A stretch of DNA of 64,000 nucleotides from Felis catus. Taxonomy: Eukaryota. A program made the translations under genes and the position numbers. Below the pieces are notes generated by a model. That model made no database searches. It was not told the DNA's origin and worked only from the letters and a program-made list of their open reading frames with translations. This document shows, one piece after another, positions 12,780 through 23,911 of this stretch. The DNA is taken from NCBI RefSeq assembly GCF_018350175.1, contig NC_058368.1, positions 227,790,001-227,854,000 on the forward strand. The letters run 5' to 3'. Numbering within the stretch: the stretch's first letter is position 1; each line of letters begins with the position of its first letter.

Positions 12780-13860
12780 AAGCCAGGAAGTGCTGAAAAA
12801 GTGCTCAGGACAAGTCAAAAACTTGAACAAGCTCCTACTGGCTAACTTGGAACAATCTGAACAAAAATAATAATGGTAATAACCAGAATAAAATGAGAAT
12901 CTATGCACCTATTCTGATATAAGTAAATAAAAAAAGTCTCTTTCTTACAGTAGGATTCCAACTAATAAAAAAAACTAAATGAATTAGAAAATTATCATTT
13001 GGCAAATACCAGAGTGATAATTATTTTAGGCAAAAACCATTACTGGGTATAAAATTAATGAGTGAAAGCAGGATGAGAGAGGAGGTTGAGATATTTACAA
13101 AGTTTCAAAGAACACCCACCCCCACAAGATACTTATCAGTTACAATTAGAAACATTATTAATTTTACAAAGGAGATCTCCTAAGGAATCATCCTTAGTGG
13201 TGATGGGACAGACACAGCAGAGATGTGTGCCTGCTGATGAAATGCACAGAGAGGAACACAACTTCACTTCCAAAGCATTTCTGACAAAAATGAATAATCT
13301 GCATTGAACGACGAGGAAATACACAAATCCAAATTGAAGAATATTCAACCAATTAGCTAGACTTAACTAGCTTGAATTCTTCAAAACTGTCGTGGTCTTG
13401 ACAGATAAGGAAAGACTAAACAACTCTTGCAGATTAGAGAAGACTAAAGAGCTACACAACAAAACATATGCAAGCCCTGGGAATGAACCCTGCACCAGGT
13501 AAAGGGTGCTACTGACACAATGGATAAGATGTGCATAAGGTTGTCAATTAAATTATATACTGAGTCAGTGTAGTTTTCCCAATATTGGTAATTTTAATGT
13601 GGTATGTAAGCGAAAGTCCCTGGTCTTAGGAAATACACATCAAGGTATCTGGAGGTAAAAGAGGCATCGTGTGAAACTTAATCACCTATGTTTCAGGGGG
13701 GAAAAAAAGTTTATCTAGATGATAATAGATATAAAATATAAAAAGAGGCATGAATAACAAGTGCAGTAAGACATTCACATTTGGAAAATCTGGATGAAAG
13801 ATATATGGGATTTTCCTGTACAATTTTTCCAACTTTTTTGGGTATCTGACCTTATTTAAA
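12780..13860 (+). mobile_element. L1MC-like 3' UTR fragment
   Basis: Motifs 'ttatcatttggcaaataccagagtgataatt', 'aatccaaattgaagaatattc', 'ttaggaaatacacatcaaggtat', 'ggatgaaagatatatgggatttt'. Confidence 0.7.
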
Positions 13861-14261
13861 TGTGTCTTACATATGTGCACATATATGCAAGTATAGTGTG
13901 GAGGTCTTCCTGTAAAAACAGACACATCCCTAAATCATTATCTGTAAAGGCTGCACAGTATTCCCCTGCTGAATATACCACAAGTTACTTAACATTAACT
14001 CTGCCAGCAGCAATGCCTATATACTCAAGTATACGCCTGTGCATACTGTTTATCTCAGCAGAATTTCTAGAATAAAATACCTCCCTTGAAACAGGGATTT
14101 TACTTGAATTTGAATTCAGTTACTATCCAGGTATCTAGAGACAGCGGGCAATCTAACATTTAAGTTAAAAATGAATCGGGTCTTTAAATGCCTCACCCTT
14201 ACCTGACTCTCCAGCTAGTGGGGCACCTGTAGAACAATGAAGAAAGAAAATGCTGATTATA

Positions 14262-14481
14262 GGGGTGCCTGGGTGGCTCAGTCGGTTAAGTGTCCGACTT
14301 CGGCTCAGGTCATGATCTCCCGCTCTGTGAGTTCCAGGCCCGCGTCGGGCTCTGTGCTGATGGCTCAGAGCCTGGAGCCTGCTTCGGATTCTGTGTCTCC
14401 CTCTCTCTCTGGCCCTCCCCCGTTCATGCTCTGTTTCTCTCTGTCTCAAAAATAAATAAAATGTTTAAAAAAAAAAAAAAA
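14262..14481 (+). mobile_element. Can-SINE (SINEC_Fc-like)
   Basis: Full head, (CT)n and poly-A. 18-bp TSD aagaaaatg(c/a)tgattata at 14244-14261 and 14480-14497. Confidence 0.95.
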
Positions 14482-14571
14482 GAAAATGATGATTATAAAC
14501 TGTTTATACTGTCACCAAGAGGTCACATTGCCTTGTTTACCTCCATTCACAGACTTGAAAGAGAAAACGAA

Positions 14572-14672
14572 GGACACCTGGCTGGCTCAGTCAGTGGAGC
14601 ACGCAACTCTTGACTTCGGGATTGTGAGTTCAAGCCCCACGGTGGATGTGGAGCTTTAAAAAAAAAAAAAAT
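14572..14672 (+). mobile_element. Short old Can-SINE lacking the CT tract
   Basis: ggacacctggctggctcagtcagtggagcacgcaactcttgac...gttcaagcccc followed by poly-A. Confidence 0.85.
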
Positions 14673-16142
14673 TAAAGTGAGCACAGAAATACAAAGGGAA
14701 AACAAACTACCCCTGCCTGCTCACAGAGAGACATCAAATGGATGGCAGAAACAACAGGAGTCAAATTTAGTTATAAAATTACACACATGCCATGAAGTGC
14801 AAAGACCAGCTGTGTGCTGGAAAGGCCGATGCGCTCAGCACTCCGGTGGACAGAGCGCTGCTTACTGCCTGAGCCTGCTGAGGGCTTGGGGGCGGGCTGG
14901 GGGGGGGGGGGGTCCGGAAGTGCTGATGGAGCAAGCGTTCTTGCTGGGAATACTGAGGAAGCATGGGGAAGCTAAGACGGCCTGTTCAGTTGAGAAATGG
15001 AACCGGTGAGGCTCTGGGCTTGGGATCTGTGCGGTCGCATCAAAGAGAACAGTCACTGGTCACGAGGACCTTCAGGAGGTTCAACATCCTCATCACCATC
15101 AAGTGTAGGATCCGTGGAACCTCTGAGAACTTAGGTACATAGTCTTATTCCCCAGTGTCACATCAATTAGCCACAGAAATATATGTGGAAAGAATCAAAA
15201 AGAAGCCCTGGTCAGGGGAGATGCTCTGAAGGCTGAAGTTGGAACAGCCTGAAGGTCGATGACGTGTCCACTGGTATCTGATCTGCCAAGCACATGACTG
15301 CCTAACCGGCTAGGAGACAGTTTTTGAATGACATATAGTAAATCTCTTGTTTCTGACCATGAGAATGAGATCAATGTCAGAAACAACAGTAAACGATTCC
15401 ACCACTTGAAAATACTACCTTGAGCATGAAAGAACTAACCAGCTTCGGAATACAGGCCACCACTTTTATAAAAGGAAAAGGCTAGCTTTTAGGTTTTCAT
15501 ATTTTAAAAGTATACATAGACAGAAAACCTGCTCAATTTATCATCAGTGAGAACTTTAATTCCACTAACCCTCAAATAAGCAATTACATTTAGTAATACC
15601 TCCTCGCACTATTTTATCCGCATGTGTGCCTACCATATACTCTCTCCTACAACAGAAATGGAAGCAAATCATACAGTCTTGTAAGCTGCTTGATGCATTT
15701 ATTTATAGTGAACTGTGTCATGACCTAATATTCTAGTATTAATCTACCACATCATATTAATGATTACACAAAACATTTTCAATCAAAAATATGTATCACA
15801 CAACACATGTTAATTCAAAATCGTTATACTGATAGAAGCTGCATGGAGTGCAGTTTAGACAAAATCTCCAAGTCTCAACTCTTGTAATTAGAGCAATGAC
15901 TGACACAGATTTCTGAGCGACCTCCCAGCAGTTCATTCCTACCACCAGTAGAAAGCTTTCTAAAATACTCGAGAGTTCTCCAAATCTCATAGGCTGCTAA
16001 TATGGCATGCGTGGCATGTTTCCGTGACTATAACCACTTCCACCTTTGAGGTAAACTATGCTTTGCAAAGTAATCACTTCTAATATGTAAACTATCATAA
16101 AAACAAATCAATACCACGCTCAAGTTTTTAAAACTTTGTTGG

Positions 16143-16349
16143 TTTTATTTCAAGTTTATTTATTTTGAGAGAGAGAGAAACAGAGAGAGCATGAGCAGGG
16201 AAGGGACAGAGAAAGAGCGAGAAGGAGATTCCCAAGCAGGCTCCGTCTGCACTGAGCCTGACGTAGGGCTCGATCTCACGAACCATGAGATCATGACCTG
16301 AGAAATCAAGAGTCAGGATGCTCAACTAACTGAGCCACCCAGGCACCCC
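16143..16349 (-). mobile_element. Can-SINE
   Basis: tttatttattttgagagagag...actgagccacccaggcacccc is a reverse-complement SINE. Confidence 0.92.
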
Positions 16350-17474
16350 AAAACCTTAGTTTTAAGGGCAGTCCAAACTCAGCTCTGAGGATGGGTAATG
16401 TCTACATAGAATTTTTGATTCAATGGAAGGAACACACCCGAGAAAGTCAGTGGGCTGATATACTTCTCTGAGGCATTAACTTTCCCTCTTCTAATCTTGA
16501 CCTGTAAGTGTTCATGGAAAAGACAAAAACGCTTGTTTCGTAAGAAGGGTATCGTTACGTTCTTCTTATTCGCTGCCTTAGAGGCAGTTCTGATCTACAC
16601 CTGGTGCCCCAGTAGTTATTAACTGCATTCCCTTTCATTCTTAAAAATAATCTGGTTTGTACAACAAATTATTTGGTAACCTACTTTAGGCTTCCAAGAA
16701 GTTTACTGCAGGCACTTCTTTTGAGATAATGTATGTATTACTATTATTATTAACACAGATACATTCCCTTTCTTTACAGAACAACATTACCTCCAAAGAT
16801 GAGACTCAACATTCTCTCAGAATTCCTTTTTTTACACTTAGGATACAATAACACCTAATTCTAGTTTTTACAACTTTTCCTAAATTCTTTTTTCACACCT
16901 TTGATTTGCCAACATTCCAATATGTTTAGCATAAACAAAAAAAGACAAAACACCAATAAATGAGCCATTTAAGGTCGTTATTGAATACAAAGAGATTAAT
17001 CAACAAAAGCCAGAGTTCACAGTGGAGAGGCAGGGCTATCAGCTTCAGGGAGATATACAGGTTTCCGTTGCTAACCCAACGTTCTTAGAGCGTGCCTAAG
17101 AAACTGGACACTAGAAGGGCACAAAACAAAGACACAATTACCATTTTGCAGAAGCCAAAATCCTCTTCGGATTTCTTTCTGTTAGAGAAAACTGGAACTG
17201 AAGTAGGTCTTCCACAAAAGACAGTGGGTGCGACACGCACTTTCTGAGAGCAAGAGAAACCTGTACTAAGAACCTCCAGAATGCTCTAGTGACTGTGCTT
17301 TCCACTCTGCAACTTTCCTGACTGTGGCTGACTTCCCTATGTCTTGATTATGGTCTACTTCATCAGAATGCACTTCCCCACTCATTCTATGATTTCATCG
17401 GCTTAGAAAAATATTACAAATTATACTCTATGTGTTACTGATGAAAATAAGTGGACAGTTGGCTATGCCCATTT

Positions 17475-17692
17475 CTTTTTTTTTTAATTTAAATCCAAGT
17501 TAGTTAACATAGTATAATAATGATTTCAGGAACAGAATTTAGTGGTTCATCACTTACGTATAACACCAGTACTCATCCCAACAAGTACCCTCCGTAATGC
17601 CCCTCACCCGTTTAGCCCATCAGCCCAACCAACACCCCACCAGCAACCCTCAGTTTGTCCTCTATATATTTAAGCGTCTCTTATGGTTTGTC
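17475..17692 (-). mobile_element. 5'-truncated carnivore L1 3' end (about 220 bp)
   Basis: Poly-T, then 'aagttagttaacatagt...ataacaccagtactcatcccaacaagtaccctcc...agcaaccctcagtttg'. Perfect 13-bp TSD gctatgcccattt at 17462-17474 and 17693-17705. Confidence 0.88.
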
Positions 17693-20268
17693 GCTATGCC
17701 CATTTTCAAAACGTTGGTAAAAGAATCCTAAGTCCACACTGCAACGCCAGAAAGTGATCTGTATACAGTAACTTACTTCTAATTTCTAGAAAGTCATTTC
17801 AAAGTAGATGCAGAGTGCAACATACATACATGTCAATTACACATACATATATGCCAAAACTTTGATATCCAGACCTTGCCCCATGGGCTAAGACCCAGGT
17901 GCAGACATGCAGTAGATGGGACTGATAGTCAACACACGGTCATGGTCAACACACCACAGAAGCAGGACTTCCAAGGTCCTGCGTGGGAGGGTGGGGGCGG
18001 AACAGTCCTGCAGAGGCTGGGGTATCCTGCCTGCCACTCCCCACTTTCCAGAGAGCGGACTGGGCTAGTTTATTACATATGTATCAATCTCAGGAGAAGG
18101 CCATTGCTACCTAATTCACCAGGGAAATCCTAGAGGCATGTGTGTGGATACAAAGTGATTAAATTACTATGCAGTGTTATCTGATTTTCATTCTAAAAGA
18201 CACAAGTGTCAAATGAAGGGGTGTGTATGCAAATTTGTCCTGAGATATGGGAGTAGACCAGGCCAGCCATTCACTTCTGTTGGAGGAGGGATTTTTTTTT
18301 TTTTTTTTTTAATTTAGTGAGTTCTTCCAACACAGGGAAACCAGGTATTTGCAAAGGATCAAAGTTCCATCAGTCACTGCCCCAGCATCCGGGTGGGTCT
18401 TCAAATAAATAAAGGACAGAGAAGGCAAGTTAGAGAAATATTTATGCTGAAATTTCACGTACCTGAATTATTTCGACAGGCAGGAACATAGTAAATGCAA
18501 TACCCCAGCCTACAAAAGAGTATGTGTGTCTGCAGAAAGGCCACAAGAATGAGGCTTGAAGCAAGCTAACACCGGTATCTCCTCTGGCTCAAATTTCCTA
18601 TAGAAATAGACATTTTGCACACACTTTTAACAAATAGTCTTATAAACAAAGAGATCCACCAATTTTTCAAATATTTGTGTAAGTCACTGATTTTATGTTT
18701 GTCCTCTCAAACTGCGCAAATTTGATAGGTCTGTCACTAGGCTTCCTTACACAAATGAATGGTTTTCCCACCACCTAGATGGGTCTGCCTCGCTCAGTCC
18801 TCATCTCGCCAAGTCCCCTAACAGAGCCATGTGTTAGCAAAGACCACTGGGGACTAAGGAAGCAATCCCTTCGAATAGATCATCTTGCCTCCATTCAAAA
18901 TAAGTAACCTATATTAGATCAAGCCTGTACCTTTCCTTTCCATAGATTCATTCACTAACGACTATGTAAACTAGCTTCTGTTGACCAAAAAAGGCCAGTC
19001 CTCCGGGCCAGATACAAACTAACTTCTGAACATGGTCAGAACTGCAGAACCTCAGCTCTCTGCAATCCCAAATGAACTACAGACCTCCTTAAAGCCTATG
19101 CTGGCAGAAAATGCACGAAATACATTCCCGAGAGCATGAAAATGAACGGCACTCTCACGTAAATCTACCCAGTGCCTTGGTCATGTGTCAAGCTAAGACA
19201 GGAATTATCCAACATTCTCCGAGACCACAGACTTACTTAGATTAAAGAGGAACTGCTATTTTGGGGTTTTTCAGGATTAACCCTTTACCAGCCCTCTGTC
19301 AATCTAATTTGACAGAAATACCCGGTGTTTTACGAAGTGATAAAAATTTCAACAACATTCCATTTGCAGCTGGGCTAGTGATTTTAGTCCAAATTTGATA
19401 GCACTGAATATTAGGCACTTCATTAAACTGTGGGAGAAACCCCAAATTTCTACATGGTATTCAAAAGGAGACAAAGGCTAGAAGTCATGTGCCAACTTCC
19501 TCACTACAGGATAATTTCATATGTAGACACATTTTTACAATACGACTGCGACAGACGAAAAATGCTAAAAATAGAAATAAACATAATTTGAAAATAATGT
19601 GACTTCATAACTTTTATGCCAAACTGGCAATTTGTAGGAGTTTTTCAAGGGAGAATCAGAGCCAAACTTGTAACATCTGTAGTAAAAACCCAAGACCAAC
19701 ATTAAAGAACTATTCATGGAAAAACATTTTCACTACAATGAGCCAGAGCTCAACTGCTAAAAATACATGTAATGTGCACACAAGTGCACGGGTTCACCTA
19801 TGTAATATGCACACAAGTGCACAGGTTTACAAAAGTATTCATTTCACAGTACCTCAGCTTCGAAATTGAACTACATTGCCGGATGTTTCCCACCCAAACA
19901 TTCCAGGCTAAAAAGCAATACGGGATTTAATCTATAGGACAACAGTGGAAACTGGTGAGGAATTACAGCAGAAAAGCTGAAAAGCACTGATCGGCAGGTA
20001 AAGGAGAAGCTAAAAGTCTTTACTGACGGGACTGCGCCCTTCCTGTCCTTTACAATCTCTCTTTATAGGTTATCAGCAATGAATGGTGCAGCAGAAAATG
20101 ATGATGAAAAAGGAGGACAAAGCATCCAAAAATAGGTAATGCCTTTCATAACATTACAGTCTGTGTAAGGAATAGAAAATAACGGGTCTGATTTTATATG
20201 CCACAAAAAAAATAAATTGTATTTATACTCCTGTCTACTGAATCATTTAATTTAAAAGTGCCAGCTGA

Positions 20269-20473
20269 GGGGTACCTGGGTGGTTCAGTCGGTTAAGCAT
20301 CCAAGCCTTGACTTTGGCTCAAGTCATGATCTCGTGGTTCCTGAGTTCGAGCCCCACAACGGGCTCTGTACTGACCGTGCAGAACCTGCTTGGGAGTCTC
20401 TCTCCCTCACTCTCTGCCCCTCCCCTGCTTCCGTGCGCTCTCTCTCTCTCTCAAATAAATAAACATTAAAAAA
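20269..20473 (+). mobile_element. Can-SINE
   Basis: GGGGTACCTGGGTGGTTCAGTCGGTTAAG head, B-box, (CT)n, tail. Followed by a MIR-like remnant to about 20600. Confidence 0.92.
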
Positions 20474-23400
20474 GAGTTCTAGCTGAGCAGTCATGAGCAG
20501 GGACCAGGAGTTAGGTTCAAATCAGCCCACCCCTTACCTTGGGCTACTTAACTACTCTGTACCTCGGTTTCCTCATCTGTGGAGAATGGTATACTTACTA
20601 AGTGATACAGGCAAGAACAGCAGACAGCACGGCCTCGACAGCCCAGAAGGGTGGGCTGGCATCACAATTATTCTAAGATCTCCGGAAACCGCTTCACAAA
20701 ATATTTACTCCACTCCTACATGTGCACAGTTTGTCCTTTTCGCAGAAAGGCTTCGACTTTTTACTTTGGGTCCCCTGGCAGAAGTCGCAAATAAAAACAC
20801 TAGTGATTTTATAAAATCTGTATTCACATTTCAGGAATTCCAACACAGCCTGATGATGGTCCCGTCTAATTTCTCAGCTGGCGAGGAAAAAAGCAAGGTT
20901 ACAATTATGAGAAAAGCAAAGACGGATTCAAGCTTCCTACGAACAAACCTGAAAGGTCGGCGTCTGCTCCCAGCTCAACCGGAATAAAGCTCAGCAGCAG
21001 AATAAAACCTTCAGTGACAGAACACGCTTATCCCCAGAAGAAAGGCAAAGCCTTCCTTTTGTTATTTTAATAATTCCCTCCTCCTCCTTTCCCCTATGTC
21101 TCACTCTCTCGTTGCTTTACAAGAAAATACATCATTTTAATAATCAGGAAACCCCACAAAACAGAACTAAGTCACGATTCCTTGAAGCATTCCATACAAA
21201 ACATTCCTGTCACCTTTACTCAAATGGAGTTCTATGTGGAATTTTAAATAAAGATTCAAATGTCAAATCCCAATCCAAATGTCCACTTTTTCTTCATAAA
21301 TTCAGAAACTCTAACAACAAAAGAACATAATCTGCTCAGATTACACTGGACTGACTGTAGTATACACACTCCTCAGGACGACTTCCAAAAACACAGATTC
21401 AAAGGTACACCCTGACCAAGAGCCGATCAGATGCCAGTGCTAAGGACTATGGGCAGGAAAGCGAGCCAAACAAACCCCATGGCGCCAACGTTTACACTCT
21501 CTTGCTAACACAGAGGGAATGGCAATCAACCATCAACCACCAACAAAAACCACCTGGTAACTCTTTGCCTTAAAAGCCCTTCTTGCCCCTATTAACTGCT
21601 GGTTGGACAATCTGCAGTCCTCGCTAATACCATACACTGCATTTTGAAACGGTGGGGACGCAAGAGCACATCATTCACTCCAGTACTTCCCAACTTACTG
21701 CATTTGGACACTGTAATTAGATACACAGGAAAGACCAAGACTGGCACCCACACACCACTACGGAGGTCCCACTCATCACATGAGGCTGTTTCCACCGAGG
21801 AACATCTAAATCTCCTGACATTCCCACACTTGGTATTACCGAGCACTCATGCTCCAATTTGCCCAAATATTGCTAAGCATTTATATCAAATTTTAGCCAT
21901 GGACTTATCCACCATGAAAGCAGTATTGGCTCTCACTGGCATGACAAAACCACGAGGCTCTACATGCAAGGGTCTCAAACAGCAGACGCTAGTCACTGAT
22001 GTACAAATGACAGGCCACCCCTTTGGAGCTGAGTGCAAGCAAACCCCAGTGCCTCTGTCCAGGTGAGGCTGACCCTGCCCTCTCCATGGCAACTCAGAAA
22101 CCCATCAACCAGAATGTTCCATCAGGGCACCAAGGATACAACCTTTCACTTCAATTTCCAATGAGTCCAAATTTAGACTGCTCTGGAACAACATGAAAAA
22201 CTATCTTGAAGCATGTTTTTTTAGTTCTCTAATATCCATTGGATGACTCACAGTTATGTATCATAGAGGCCAGGTACTTTTATTTCTAAAAAAGGAATAT
22301 ATTTGGGGGGGGGGGGGGCAGCCTAAAGCTGGTGCTCTAGAAACTTGGTGACTAGGCAAGAAAAACAAGAGAGAAGCTGGCTCATCTCCAGCTCAGGAAA
22401 AGTGATTTTAAGGACCAAAGGCTTACTTAAAATGTCACACTTAACTCAAGTTTGCAATTTATTTTCCAGCATAGTCTTATGAATCTAGTCAACATTTAAA
22501 CACTACTCAGTAGTGCTAATTGGTTCTAGCTCTTAAAAGTCTGTTTAACAAGCTATTCAAACCTCCCTGGTCCCAAGCTGCCTAAAAAAATATTTTGAAA
22601 GCATTTACTAGGGCACAACTAGGAATCAGTTTTTCCAGCAGTTCTTCCTGGGCTGAAATATTCAGAACAACAAAACAGTCTTCTCTGATTGAAAGAAAAA
22701 CTTCACATCCCCCATCTCTCACCCCATACGGTGACCACCTATACGGTCTCTATTCATTAAGGAAGGTTTCAGAAGTTTCAAGGAATCACCAAGGAAACAA
22801 GTCGTCTATTTCACTACACAAATGACAGAAATCAACCACTTGTAAGAGGAATAAATCTACGTGTTGCAGTTAGATTTTCTTCAGATATACACTCAGGCTA
22901 TGGGATTATTCCCCAACTGTCCACAGTTTGGTTTATCCTGTCAAAGCATTGCAAATACAGTGTGCCAAATATAAACGCAACACCAATGCTCTCTGCTAAC
23001 TCCAATCACCTGTAGGAAAAAATGTAAAGAACTATAACAAGTCCTATAAACCATCAAGCAAACATTACAGACAATTATATCTCCTGTCAAAAGTTCTATT
23101 ATTGGCCATGAAGTGCTTAATGTACACTCATAATTTTAGACAAGGCAACACAAAATGTTAGTGATATTAAATTAAAGGCTTAACAACCTACCCGGCAAAA
23201 GTTAAGGGTACATAACCAAATGCTTTTTTTGCAATTGGCAGTAAGAAAAATGCTTCATTTAAATTTGTTATGAAAATACATGTCTGGAATCAGCCAAATT
23301 CAGGCAAGTTTACTTCTAAGTAAATCAACCTCGAAATATTTGAAAAAGAAATCTTCCCCACATACCCCAGAAGTCATCTTCCCATCAATTTGGTCTCTTT

Positions 23401-23519
23401 CCCCGTCTTCTCCCCATCATTGTTTCCACTCATCTTTTAGCACCTCCTCGCCCCTTCCTAGGTGTCTCGCACGAGATCAGCGATACCAATTCTTCCCTGC
23501 TCCTCAGGCTGGAAGCCGT

Positions 23520-23911
23520 CTCTGCATGCGCGGGAGGCGCGGGACCGGGGCAGGTGCGCAGGGGCTTCGGGAGCAGTGAGTACGCACGGGAGGGGGCAGG
23601 TGCGCACATGAGGAAGGTATACACTGGGCAGGTGTGCGGGGGGGGGGGGGGAGGCCGTCGGGGGGGGGGGGGGACAGTGGGTATGCACGGAGGCGGGTAT
23701 ACACGGGGACAGGTGCAAAGGGGGTTCAGGGGCTGTGGGTACGCACGGGAGAGGGCAGGTGCACGGGGGGGTGGTATTCATGGGAGGGGTATTCATGGGA
23801 GGGGGCTGTTACGCACAGAGCAGCTGCGCACGGGAGACAGATGCACAGGCAGATGAGCACCAGGGTCACAGGACTGGTGTGCACAAAAGGAGGGTAGCGC
23901 AGTGCCAGGTG
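23520..23911. repeat. Degenerate G-rich minisatellite-like region
   Basis: Recurrent gggcaggtg, gtacgcacggga and ggtattcatgggagggg units with poly-G runs; internal duplication at a 159-bp offset. Confidence 0.75.

Noticed and set aside
18925..18945. ATG GAA AGG AAA G|gtacag on the minus strand, a possible phase-1 first exon
   Set aside because: Weak donor; such motifs occur by chance several times in this intron.
19853..19907. Minus-strand 55-nt exon-like segment (tttttag|CCTGG...CTGAG|gtactg)
   Set aside because: Weak donor and frameshifting length; no other support.
23000..23032. Strong minus-strand acceptor-like tctttacattttttcctacag|G
   Set aside because: No convincing downstream donor seen, and the sequence does not match TRIO exon 2.
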